Part shown: in pieces, positions 49,491-61,354 of the stretch
Layout of the letters: each line of letters begins with the position of its first letter
Numbering within the stretch: position 1 is the first letter of the stretch
Assembly (NCBI RefSeq): GCF_032444005.1
Contig: NC_091284.1
Location: 640,150,001 to 640,214,000 of the forward strand
From: Ranitomeya imitator
Taxonomy: Eukaryota
Length of the DNA: 64,000 nucleotides
Direction: 5' to 3'
Translations under genes and position numbers: made by a program
Notes under the pieces: generated by a model
The model's input: the letters and a program-made list of their open reading frames with translations, nothing else
Told to the model about the DNA's origin: nothing
The model's database searches: none

Positions 49491-51400
49491 CAAAAAGGAA
49501 AATGGGCCAATGCAAACGTTTGGGCACCCTTGGAGATTTGTGTGCTTTGACCAAGGTTTCAGACCTTAAAGAGTCTTTTATGGCTATGACTTGTTCACTA
49601 TCATCGTTAGAAAAGGACAGGAGATGCAAATTTCCCCGCTTTATAAAAACCCAGCATCCTCTAACCTTGTGCAGCAGCAATGGGTTCTTCTAAGCCGCTG
49701 ACTAGTACTCTGAAAATAAAAATGGTGGAACCAGGAGAAGGCTATCAGAAGATAGCAAAACATTTTCAAGTTGTCCTATCCTCACTTCAAAATGTAATAA
49801 AACAGTAACAGTTAACGGGAACAGTGGAGGTCAAGATAAAGTCTAGCAGACCAAGCAAAATTTCAGGGAGAGCTGATTGTAGGATTGCAAAAGAGGCAAA
49901 TTAGAACCCCCACCTGACTGAAAAAGACCTTCAGAAAGATTTAGCAGACTCTGGAGTTGTAGTACCTTGTTCTGCTCTGCAGAGACATCTGCACAAATAT
50001 GGTCTTCATTGAAGAGTTATCGTAAGAAAACCTCTCCTGTGTCCTCATCATAAAATTCAGCATCAGAAGTATGCAAAAGAACATCTAAAGAAGCTTGCTG
50101 CATTTTGGAAACAAGTCCTTTTGACCTATGAGGTTAAAATAGAAGTCTTTGGCCACAATAATCAAAGGTATATGTGAAGAAAAAGGGCACAACATTCCAG
50201 AAATGAACATCTATCTCATCGACCATTAAGCATGGAGGAGGATCAAACATGCTGTTGTGTTGTGTTGCAGCCAATGGCACCGGGGGAAATTTCATGGGTA
50301 GAGGGAAGAATGGATTCAATGAAACTTCAAATATACAAATTTGAGGCTTCTACCTCTAGTGCCTTCCATTGGAAGTAGTAATCCAATAAGTCATTATTGA
50401 CCCTTAAAAAAGCTTTGCAATATGACTTAGGAATAAAAGCCAAATCAGAATCTCAATTTGCTGACACTGTTTCAGGGCATTGCCCTTTGTTAGTACAAAG
50501 TATGAGATCTGATTTGGTTGGGTGAAAGGCTAAGACTGGGATCTAAGGGGTAAGGTTTTTCCTTGTGGAGAGAGACATGCCAGGTCAGACACAGCAGTAT
50601 GAGAAGACTTAAACGCCTTGAATGCTCTCAACTAATTCTTCATGCAAACATGACACCATCTGTAAAAATCTGAAGTTGAAAAAAGGATGGCTTCTATAAA
50701 TGGATAATGATCTTAAACACAGGCCAAAATCCACAATAGACTACCTCAAAAGGTGCAAGCTGGTTTTACCATGGCCCTCATAATCCCTTTATCTGAAAAT
50801 CATTGAAAATCTGTGGCCATAAGTCCCAGGAATCTTATAGAACTGGAAGAATTTTCTAAGGAAGAATGGATGAAAATCCCTCAAACAAGAATTGAACATA
50901 CAAGTTCTGATTGTTAGGGCTAGCGGAACGCACCAAATAATGAGACAGACAGAGTATGGTGCGTTCGCAGCCCGGGGTCCACCGTGCAGAGATGGAACCT
51001 GCTGCCAAGTAATGACGGACTATATGGCGGTACTCATAAGTATACACACGTGGGTTAAACTTCACCCAGCGTGAAGGAAGCGATCCTGTTGCGTCACAGG
51101 ATCGCGGTACCGCACATAGAGCGCGAGCAAGTAGTCAGCGAACTCAACCCCAACTAGGATTGAAGTCCAATTAGACCCTTGCTGGCACAACACCGCAACT
51201 GGGTGTGTAAGGAAGCTAAATAACCATATTAGGGCACAAGAGTGCATGCGGTGCCGCACTGACGAATGCCACTAACCACCCAGGCTTGGGTAAGGAAAGC
51301 ACAGAGGAAGTGCACGGCGCCGTACTGGCGGTCACAGCAACTGGACGCTGTAATGTGTGATTTGTGCTGTAGGATAAGTCGGGCGCTAGAAAGCAACCAT

Positions 51401-51652
51401 ACCAGGGATTCAAGCTTGAGGAGGCTAATTTGCATATTCCAGGTGCCTTCTGGGAAAAGCGAAGTCTCCCTAAGCTAGAAGATCGTTGGGTACAGCCGGG
51501 ACCAGCTGCTTGGAAAGCATCGCCAAACCAGGGATTCAAGCTTGAGGAGGCTAATTTGCATATTCCAGGTGCCTTCTGGGAAAAGCGAAGTCTCCCTAAG
51601 CTAGAAGATCGTTGGGTACAGCCGGGACCAGCTGCTTGGAAAGCATCGCCAA
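51401..51652 (+). promoter_or_regulatory. Two identical 126-bp 5' monomers, each with an octamer ATTTGCAT (51428-51435, 51554-51561)
   Basis: Perfect tandem duplication seen directly; promoter function is inferred. Confidence 0.5.
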
Positions 51653-51759
51653 ACCGCGCGCCGAATTTTTGCCTGTAGGATATTATTGCAAAAGAGCTTG
51701 GCTGAGTAGATTACACAAGAAGGAAAACACACAGCAAGTCAGCAGGATCTAGGAGCAAC

Positions 51760-52713
51760 ATGGCAGATGTGACAACCTACATGGTGAGCTGCAGCATGTG
51801 CTACATGTTCACAGACCGACCAGAAGAAGAATCAAATTTCACCTGTCAGAAGTGTAGACTAGTGGCCCTTTTAGAAGAAAAGGTGCGGGGTCTGGAAGAA
51901 AGAATAGCAACTTTGAAACTCATCAAAGAGAATGAAGACTTTCTAGACAGAACAGAAGCATCTCTACTGGTCACAGAAGGTGAAAAAAGTGTCAGAGAAC
52001 CTCCAAAAGCAGATGAGTGGAAGCATGTGACCAAAAGAAGCAAGAAGACCATGGAGAAATCACCAACCACACAACTGAAGAACCGATATCAAATCTTTGT
52101 AGAGGATGAAGATGGCACACCTAAGGATGAAGCAATACCAGCAAGCAAAAAAGAAAAGGGCACACAGCAACAAGTGACAGCAAAAAGTACAGCCAAGAAG
52201 CAACGAAGAGTGGTGGTGGTGGGAGACTCACTACTGAGAGGCACAGAAGCAGCCATCTGCAGACCGGACATAACTGCAAGAGAAGTATGCTGCCTTCCAG
52301 GTGCGATGATCAAGGATGTGACCGATAGGATACCAAAGCTCTTCAGCTCCAAGGACGTCCACCCATTTCTTCTGATACATGTTGGCACCAATGACACGGC
52401 AAGGAAAGACCTACCGACAATCTGCAAAGACTTTGAAGAGTTGGGGAAGAAAGTAAAGGAACTGGATGCACAGGTAGTTTTTTCTTCTATCCTTCCAGTA
52501 GACGGGCATGGCACCAGGAGATGGAACAGGATCCTTGATGCAAACAACTGGCTAAGACGATGGTGCAGACAACAAGGATTCGGATTCCTGGACCACGGTG
52601 TGAATTACTGGTACGATGGACTCCTCGCCAGAGATGGACTACACCTCAACAAACCTGGGAAACACACATTCGCCAGAAGACTCGCTACACTTATCAGGAG
52701 GGCGTTAAACTAG
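51760..52713 (+). CDS. CR1 ORF1p, 317 aa: CxxC...CxxC zinc-binding motif, coiled coil, SGNH esterase domain
   Basis: CSMC...CQKC; LEEKVRGLEERIATL; VVGDSLL, HVGTND, DGLHLN. Confidence 0.93.
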   Translation: MADVTTYMVSCSMCYMFTDRPEEESNFTCQKCRLVALLEEKVRGLEERIATLKLIKENEDFLDRTEASLLVTEGEKSVREPPKADEWKHVTKRSKKTMEKSPTTQLKNRYQIFVEDEDGTPKDEAIPASKKEKGTQQQVTAKSTAKKQRRVVVVGDSLLRGTEAAICRPDITAREVCCLPGAMIKDVTDRIPKLFSSKDVHPFLLIHVGTNDTARKDLPTICKDFEELGKKVKELDAQVVFSSILPVDGHGTRRWNRILDANNWLRRWCRQQGFGFLDHGVNYWYDGLLARDGLHLNKPGKHTFARRLATLIRRALN

Positions 52714-52778
52714 AAGAAGAGGGGACGGGAAGAAAAACATTAGACTTGAACAAAGAAGACCCAGGAAAACATACTCAG

Positions 52779-55631
52779 ATGGGAGGTAAGAACATTTCTA
52801 AAGCAATCCACAGCGAGGAGATTGGAACAAAACAAAATCCTCTAAACTGCATGCTCGCAAACGCCAGAAGCCTGACAAACAAGATGGAAGAACTAGAAGC
52901 AGAAATATCTACAGGTAACTTTGACATAGTGGGAATAACCGAGACATGGTTAGATGAAAGCTATGACTGAGCAGTTAACTTACAGGGTTACAGTCTGTTT
53001 AGAAAGGATCGTAAAAATCGGAGAGGAGGAGGGGTTTGTCTCTATGTAAAGTCTTGTCTAAAGTCCACTTTAAGGGAGGATATTAGCGAAGGAAATGAGG
53101 ATGTCGAGTCCATATGGGTCGAAATTCATGGAGGGAAAAATGGTAACAAAATTCTCATTGGGGTCTGTTACAAACCCCCAAATATAACAGAAACCATGGA
53201 AAGTCTACTTCTAAAGCAGATAGATGAAGCTGCAACCCATAATGAGGTCCTGGTTATGGGGGACTTTAACTACCCGGATATTAACTGGGAAAGTGAAACC
53301 TGTGAAACCCATAAAGGCAACAGGTTTCTGCTAATAACCAAGAAAAATTATCTTTCACAATTGGTGCAGAATCCAACCAGAGGAGCAGCACTTTTAGACC
53401 TAATACTATCTAATAGACCTGACAGAATAACAAATCTGCAGGTGGTTGGGCATCTAGGAAATAGCGACCACAATATTGTACAGTTTCACCTTTCTTTCAC
53501 TAGGGGGACTTGTCAGGGAGTCACAAAAACACTGAACTTTAGGAAGGCAAAGTTTGACCAGCTTAGAGATGCCCTTAATCTGGTAGACTGGGACAATATC
53601 CTCAGAAATAAGAATACAGATAATAAATGGGAAATGTTTAAGAACATCCTAAATAGGCAGTGTAAGCGGTTTATACCTTGTGGGAATAAAAGGACTAGAA
53701 ATAGGAAAAACCCAATGTGGCTAAACAAAGAAGTAAGACAGGCAATTAACAGTAAAAAGAAAGCATTTGCACTACTAAAGCAGGATGGCACCATTGGAGC
53801 TCTAAAAAACTATAGGGAGAAAAATACTTTATCTAAAAAACTAATTAAAGCTGCCAAAAAGGAAACAGAGAAGCACATTGCTAAGGAGAGTAAAACTAAT
53901 CCCAAACTGTTCTTCAACTATATCAATAGTAAAAGAATAAAAACTGAAAATGTAGGCCCCTTAAAAAATAGTGAGGAAAGAATGGTTGTAGATGACGAGG
54001 AAAAAGCTAACATATTAAACACCTTCTTCTCCACGGTATTCACGGTGGAAAATGAAATGCTAGGTGAAATCCCAAGAAACAATGAAAACCCTATATTAAG
54101 GGTCACCAATCTAACCTAAGAAGAGGTGCGAAATCGGCTAAATAAGATTAAAATAGATAAATCTCCGGGTCCGGATGGCATACACCCACGAGTACTAAGG
54201 GAACTAAGTAATGTAATAGATAAACCATTATTTCTTATTTTTAGGGACTCTATAGCGACAGGATCTGTTCCGCAGGACTGGCGCATAGCAAATGTGGTGC
54301 CAATATTCAAAAAGGGCTCTAAAAGTGAACCTGGAAATTATAGGCCAGTAAGTCTAACCTCTATTGTTGGTAAAATATTTGAAGGGTTTCTGCGGGATGT
54401 TATTCTGGATTATCTCAATGAGAATAACTGTTTAACTCCATATCAGCATGGGTTTATGAGAAATCGCTCCTGTCAAACCAATCTAATCAGTTTTTATGAA
54501 GAGGTAAGCTATAGGCTGGACCACGGTGAGTCATTGGACGTGGTATATCTCGATTTTTCCAAAGCGTTTGATACCGTGCCGCACAAGAGGTTGGTACACA
54601 AAATGAGAATGCTTGGTCTGGGGGAAAATGTGTGTAAATGGGTTAGTAACTGGCTTAGTGATAGAAAGCAGAGGGTGGTTATAAATGGTATAGTCTCTAA
54701 CTGGGTCGCTGTGACCAGTGGGGTACCGCAGGGGTCAGTATTGGGACCTGTTCTCTTCAACATATTCATTAATGATCTGGTAGAAGGTTTACACAGTAAA
54801 ATATCGATATTTGCAGATGATACAAAACTATGTAAAGCAGTTAATACAAGAGAAGATAGTATTCTGCTACAGATGGATCTGGATAAGTTGGAAACTTGGG
54901 CTGAAAGGTGGCAGATGAGGTTTAACAATGATAAATGTAAGGTTATACACATGGGAAGAAGGAACCAATATCACCATTACACACTGAATGGGAAACCACT
55001 GGGTAAATCTGACAGGGAGAAGGACTTGGGGATCCTAGTTAATGATAAACTTACCTGGAGCAGCCAGTGCCAGGCAGCAGCTGCCAAGGCAAACAGGATC
55101 ATGGGGTGCATTAAAAGAGGTCTGGATACACATGATGAGAGCATTATACTGCCTCTGTACAAATCCCTAGTTAGACCGCACATGGAGTACTGTGTCCAGT
55201 TTTGGGCACCGGTGCTCATGAAGGATATAATGGAACTAGAGAGAGTACAAAGGAGGGCAACAAAATTAATAAAGGGGATGGGAGAACTACAATACCCAGA
55301 TAGATTAGCGAAATTAGGATTATTTAGTCTAGAAAAAAGACGACTGAGGGGCGATCTAATAACCATGTATAAGTATATAAGGGGACAATACAAATATCTC
55401 GCTGAGGATCTGTTTATACCAAGGAAGGTGACGGGCACAAGGGGGCATTCTTTGTGTCTGGAGGAGAGAAGGTTTTTCCACCAACATAGAAGAGGATTCT
55501 TTACTGTTAGGGCAGTGAGAATCTGGAATTGCTTGCCTGAGGAGGTGGTGATGGCGAACTCAGTCGAGGGGTTCAAGAGAGGCCTGGATGTCTTCCCGGA
55601 GCAGAACAATATTGTATCATACAATTATTAG
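52779..55631 (+). pseudogene. CR1 ORF2 (AP endonuclease plus reverse transcriptase) with two in-frame nonsense codons
   Basis: LANARSL, GITETW, MGDFN, SDHN, KSPGPDG, NYRPVSLTS, YLDFSKAFD, GVPQGSVLGP, FADDTKL. All three segments are in one frame; TGA at 52968-52970 and TAA at 54117-54119. Start codon is approximate. Confidence 0.93.
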
Positions 55632-57492
55632 GTTCTGTAGAAGGACGTAGATCTGGGGATTTATTATGATGGAATATAGGCTGAACTGGATGGACAAATG
55701 TCTTTTTTCGGCCTTACTAACTATGTTACTATGTTACTATGTTACCTTCCGCGAACAGACATTCAATAGGGAAGGGGTATCCAAGGACGACTTGCACTCA
55801 CAACAAACACACGTATGCAAATGTACACTAGCGCATGGCCGTGCGGTCATGCGCAGTTTATATAGTTGCAGCACAGGAAGTGGCCACAGAAACTTTGCCC
55901 TTCCAAGACCTGCCAAGAGGACCAGTGGAATGTGCTGCAGGGACTGAGCACATGACCCTCGATCTCCAACGGGAGATCTTGCCCTGGGCATGCTCAGTGT
56001 GTGCAGACAAGGACTTAGTCCCAGAGAAGTCTGCTCGCTGCTGACCAGCACTGGCTTTAATGGCAGAAGCTGAAGAAGCAGCAGTAACTCTCTGTACAGA
56101 GTGAGACTGAGCAAGACGCTGGGACCGACGTCCCTGCTGAGCAGACTCCACTGCGGCTGGATAAGAATGGGAGACCACAGCGGAGATGGCTCGAGATTCC
56201 CCCTGTGCAGAAGCAGGAACTCGAGACCTAACACTGATACTATCAAAAGGGGCTGCTACTAGGCGTTAACTATGCAGGATGCCCAAACTTTTGCATCAGC
56301 CCATTTTCCTTTTTTGTAATGTTTAAAATGTAAAAGATGAAAATATACATTTTTTTTTAAATGTGTCATCTTTAGCTTTAGGCCTTTTAGACATCATTTA
56401 ATCTTCAATTTGCTTAACTGTTCACAATAACAGTAATTTTGACCAGGGGTTCCGAAACTTTTACATGACACTGTATATCACATACCAATTCAGTCTTTTC
56501 AAAAGAGATCAAAAATTTGTGGAAAAAAAAATTGTATGGAAATGAAAAGATATGCTTTAGACCAAATCTCTTATGGGTATTTTTATTAATTTGAACAAAA
56601 GCAAGCATTGCATGTATGGCTAAATTAATCTTCATAATTAAGTCTCATCCATATTAATAGCTGTTGCTGTGTAACACCACTGCATGCAAACAATATTATT
56701 AATGATCACAGTTGCCTAGTGCAAAAGAAAAAAAAATGTCATTTAATGGTTCCGTTAAGTATTTTTAGCACAGCAAGCTCGCAAACCAAAGATCTAATGT
56801 TGTTTACTAGATTCAAATTATATGGGCTCCTGCCAATTACAGTCTGAATTATCTCTGTATAAGCCATGGAAGATTCAAGTGACATAAACAATAGAATTGA
56901 AACAAAGGAAATAAAGAGGCTAGGAATGAGGCGAATGCATCAACCGCGAGCATCAACAAGCCCTTGCAGCTGTCATATTGATAAAGTCTTGACTGCTCTA
57001 CATATCTCATCACATCGCGCTGCACTAGCAATGTTATTTTAATGCGCGTGTGTGCATGCAAAAAACATTTAAGAAGCGCTACGAAAATGCTTAATTAATG
57101 AAGCAGAAAGCCTAAGGTAATGGTTAATGTTCCACAGCGAGTGTTTACATAAATGGCTAATCTTAAAAATTACCCTCCTTTTTTCTGGGAGTTAATTTCC
57201 TTTAATCTTGCTGGTGGCCTTGTGTCATTAAAAAGATTTTCAGTAATGAAGATCTAATGATGTCGTTTATAAGACTGTACAAGATGCTAGAAGTTTGGTT
57301 GTAGCGACATCCTTCACGTAAAATCACTTTGAGCTGCTATTTACGCCATCTCCTAAATGATTTTATAAGTGTGCTACTTCCAACTTTGTACGGTTCTTGC
57401 TAAATCTGATCAAATTAGAATCTTAAAATGGTCAAGACTTTATTTTAGGTTAAGAAAGTCTAAGAAATATCATCAGTAACTACAAGTAGTTA

Positions 57493-58400
57493 CAGTGGCA
57501 TGGAAAAGTTTGGGTACCCCTGGTCAAAATGACTGGTTCTTGAGAACTCTTAAGTTGAAAATGAAATGATCTCTAATAGGCCATTTTAAAAATTACAAAA
57601 AGGAAAATGGGCTGATGCAAAAGTTTTGGCATGCTACATGGTTAGTACTTAGTTGCATAACTTGTAAACACTTTTTGTAGCCAGACAAGAGTCTCTCAAT
57701 TCTTGAATTGAGCAGTATCCGCCAAGTGTCACACCTCCACCGATCAGACAGTGATGACCCAAACTAAGGATAGGTCACCAATGTTAAAGTAGTGACGACT
57801 CCTTTAAACCCTTTAGGACTTAGTAGAGCATACTTTGCTGCAAATGTAACTCCATCTTTTGCACGGTTATTCTAATCTTTTTTCTCATGAGCAACAGACT
57901 CAATAATATTCTTGGGTTATCAAGAGTAGTTCATAAGAGAAGATATCATTGTTTTGAACAAACAAGAAAAAGGATACAAAAAGATAACAAATGGCATTGA
58001 TTTTTACACAGCTAGAAGCTTATTACTCAAGTTCAAAGCTAACGAACACCATACAAAGTGCGGCTGCGCGAGTCGGTGATGCTACTGTGCAGTTGCGAGA
58101 TTTTGTTGGGCTATGTCGATGATGCAGCCAATGCCATCCACATCAATGAAAGCTGGATGATGGCTAATGGGCGCAGAGAGGTGGCACAGATGCCACAGCA
58201 ATTATCAACATTGAACCGGATCATACAATTTACATACAGGATGGGAGAAATTCAAAAGGTATTTTTGAGGGGTATATAGAGAGAGAGAGTCAGGAGACAA
58301 TACAATAGTTTGTAGAATGGAGTACAGGAGCTGTAAAAGGTGGTGGCATTTGTTCAGACACTAAAACACTGGTGACAGGCTGTCATTAGGAAAAAATAAA
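57493..58400 (+). mobile_element. Degenerate Tc1 fragment related to 49491-56473
   Basis: TA|CAGTGGCATGGAAAAGTTTGGGTACCCCTGGTCAAAAT start; remnant KHEQGKGYKKI-like N-terminus. Right boundary approximate. Confidence 0.65.
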
Positions 58401-58499
58401 TTTTCACAATATTTCTTCCTTGGAATAGTCTAGAAAAACTCTTAACATTTTAACTATTTGTGGTTTATTTACATGCAGCAAACTCAATGCAGTGATGTC

Positions 58500-58613
58500 T
58501 ACATCTGTGGCGCAGTGGATAGCACTGCAGCCTTGCAGCGCTGGAGTCCTGGGTTAAAACCCCACCAAGGACAACATCTGCAAAGAGATTGTATGTTCTC
58601 TCCGTGTTTGCGT

Positions 58614-58644
<31 letters not shown>

Positions 58645-58770
58645 ACATTCCAAAGACATACTGATAGGGAATTTAGATTGTGAGCCCCATCGGGGACAGT
58701 GATGATAATATGTGCGAAATGTAAAGCGCTGCAGAATATGTTAGCGCTATATAAAGATTATTATTTATTA
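58500..58770 (+). mobile_element. tRNA-derived V-SINE
   Basis: A box TGGCGCAGTGG (58508), B-box-like GGTTAAAACCC (58552), V-domain GCGTGGGTTTCCTCCGGGCACTCCGGTTTCCTCCCAC, L2-like 3' tail. Confidence 0.88.
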
Positions 58771-58988
58771 TCTGTTCTAATCATCTACAATTAATTTGCT
58801 ACATATCCTTAGTGGATATACAGTAGATGTAGGATATAAGTTGTTGAGTGTAAAACAACTGGGTTTAACACTTTTGCACAATTCGATATAGTTTCACATG
58901 TTAGACACTCAAGGTATGTATGTCTGGACTGGTTGTGGGTATCCTGCCCTGAGCCCAACAGCCTTATATATTGTTGTTGTTGATTTAA

Positions 58989-59584
58989 GGTACCGTCACA
59001 CTAGACGATATCGCTAGCGATCCGTGACGTTGCAGCGTCCTCGCTAGCGATATCGTCCAGTGTGACAGGCAGCAGCGATCAGGCCCCTGCTGTGCTGTCG
59101 CTGGTCGGGGAAGAAAGTCCAGAACTTTATTTGGTCGCTGGACTCCCCGTAGACATCGCTGAATCGGCATGTGTGACACCAATTCAGCAATGTCTTCACT
59201 GGTAACCAGGGTAAACATCGGGTAACTAAGCGCAGGGCCGCGTCGGTCAGCCGGAAAGCAGAGCGGTGACGTCACCGCTCTGCTTTCCGGCCGCTGTGCT
59301 CACAGCCAGTACAGGAGGAGTGCAGAGCACAGCGCAGGAGGACAGACGGCTGTAGGTAAGTATGTAGTGTTTGTTTTTTTTTACTTTTAGGATGGTAACC
59401 AGGGTAAACATCGGGTTACTAAGCGCGGCCCTGCGCTTAGTTACCCGATGTTTACCCTGGTTACCGGCATCGTTGGTCGCTGGAGAGCGGTCTGTGTGAC
59501 AGCTCTCCAGCGACCAAACAGCGACGCTGCAGCGATCCGGATCGTTGTCGGTATCGCTGCAGCGTCGCTAAGTGTGACGGTACC
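58989..59584. mobile_element. Harbinger-type palindromic MITE
   Basis: TIRs GGTACCGTCACACT / AGTGTGACGGTACC, TAA at left; internal GGTAACCAGGGTAAACATCGGG palindrome. Confidence 0.88.
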
Positions 59585-59625
59585 TTTAGGCTCAGGAAAC
59601 CCACCGCCAGTGAGGACATCATAAT

Positions 59626-60415
59626 TGTTACACCCGGTCTGTTTACTGTACCTCCAGGGGGTCTCTGTCGGGACTCTCCCTCTGTGCTGGCTTCACACTG
59701 TCTGGACGCAGCCCCCACCCCTCCTTCCTCTCCTGCTTCCTGGCGTGCGGCCAGCAGGTTCCTAGGCAGGGTTCTTAGGTCACACGCGCGCTAGCTCCCA
59801 GCCTCTTAAAGAGACAGTGTGCATTTTCCAAATGTTGCCTCTAACCAATGGCGTGTGTTTGTCTATTATTTCTAGCCCTTCCACCATAGGGAGGGCGCCG
59901 GAGCAACAAGTATCTACTGTTGCTAACTTCCGGTTCCTGTTATCTTGCGCTTCTGTTTCTGAAGTATCTGCAAGGAACTCCGCTTATTGTGTCTGTCTTC
60001 ACAGATCTTCTGCTACCAGTCACACGGCTATTCTGGACTGCATCAGCAGTATCTACACTGGACCCGTCTAGTCCTGCCAGTTTGCCAGCCTCATTTCCGG
60101 ACCACGCCAGAACCCCTGGCGCCGGCTTCTACACCCGGTATCATCCAGTCAACTCTGCAATAACCGCTAACCTTGCTGATCCGTCTGTTCCGCTGGGACA
60201 GCCACCACGAGTACAGAGTCTAACTGAAGGTAGCACCCGTGTCCTCCAGGCATTCCATTCTGTCCCTGTTCGAGGGGACTTACTACGGGTGTCTGGGGCT
60301 CACGCAGCAACGCCCCCTTTGGAGCCCCCAGACTGTGGTCTAGTGGTTCCACATCAAACCTTAATAAATACGAATGTGAACTTCAACATCTGTGCCTCCG
60401 TTTCCATTCGTTACA
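59626..60415 (+). mobile_element. Solo LTR of a second family (790 bp)
   Basis: TGTTAC...GTTACA ends, 5-bp TSD ATAAT (59621-59625 / 60416-60420), AATAAA at ~60363. Confidence 0.9.
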
Positions 60416-60787
60416 ATAATCCATACTCAAATCGTGAATGTCAGACCAGTGAAACCAGCTTATTGTGATATAACGGGGCCCGAAGGTGGAAGGGGGCCCT
60501 TGAAGGCTAGTGTCACCATTCAGAATGTGCCATGGCCCACTGGCACACTATGGGGCCCGTGAGTTGGGGGGGCCACTGTCAGCTTAGGTAATAACATCGG
60601 GCGCCCCATACTTACCTCTCCCTGTTCTTCCGCAGGTCCAATTAATCTCGCGTCTTGTAACTCTGATGTCTCAGGGCAGAGGGCATGATGACATCACTTC
60701 AGTGTGCCCTCTGAGCTGAGCAGTGCAGGGAGTCAGAAGATGCTGAGGAGACAGTAGCAGTGAGGGAGAGATAAGAATTTTTTTTTT

Positions 60788-61020
60788 ATGTATGGAGCAT
60801 TATATGAGGCCCATTCTGTATGGAGCACTGTATGGGGCCCATTCTGCATGGAGCATTATATTGGGCCCATTCTACATGGAGCACTATATAGAGCCCAGTC
60901 TGTACATAGCATTAGATGGGGCTCATTATACTGTATGGAGCACTATATGCAGCTCATTATACTGTATGGAGTACTATATGGGGCCTGTTCTGTTTGGAGC
61001 ATTATATGAGGCCCATTTTT
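60788..61020. repeat. Degenerate ~31-bp minisatellite (TGTATGGAGCATTATATGGGGCCCATTC)
   Basis: Tandem units visible; typical internal array of a hAT-like element (~60470-61040). Confidence 0.8.
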
Positions 61021-61354
61021 TTGGCATGAAGAATTATATGTAATGGTGCAATGTCAAAGATATATTTCCTTTGAACAATAATTTTAAAAGAAACAACTAC
61101 CATATTTTCCGGCGTGTAAGATAACTTTTTAACCCCTGAAAATCGTCTCAAAAGTCGGGGGTCGTCTTATACGCCGTGTGCAGGGAGCGATCCTGGAGGG
61201 TTCCCAGGGTCTGAAGGAGAGGAGACCCTCCTTCAAGCCCTGGGATCCATATTCATGTAAAAAATAAAGAATAAAATAAAAAATATGGATATACTCACCC
61301 TCGGATGGCCCCTGGCTCTCAGCGGTGCAAGCTGCAGCGTCCGTTCCTAAGAAT

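Larger units (their letters stand above)
51401..55745 (+). mobile_element. Near full-length CR1 LINE (~4.35 kb)
   Basis: 5' tandem monomers, ORF1, ORF2 (APE plus RT), 3' (CTATGTTA)x3 tail. Confidence 0.97.
50912..56233 (-). mobile_element. Gypsy solo LTR split by a CR1 insertion (50912-51400 plus 55746-56233)
   Basis: TG...CA ends, 5-bp TSD CTGAT (50907-50911 / 56234-56238); same family as 40785-41761. Confidence 0.93.
49491..56473 (+). mobile_element. Degenerate Tc1 element (49491-50911 plus 56234-56473), host of a T2-like fragment (~50340-50630), a solo LTR and a CR1
   Basis: Transposase remnants (GEGYQKIAKHF, KHGGGS, MDND); right TIR ends ...ACATGACACTG|TA. Confidence 0.8.

Noticed and set aside
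58500-58580. tRNA gene
   Set aside because: A and B boxes are present, but the B box is degenerate and the sequence continues into a V-domain and LINE-like tail, so it is a SINE head.
59920-60468. 182-aa ORF
   Set aside because: Contained in a solo LTR bounded by TG...CA and a TSD; no recognisable domain.
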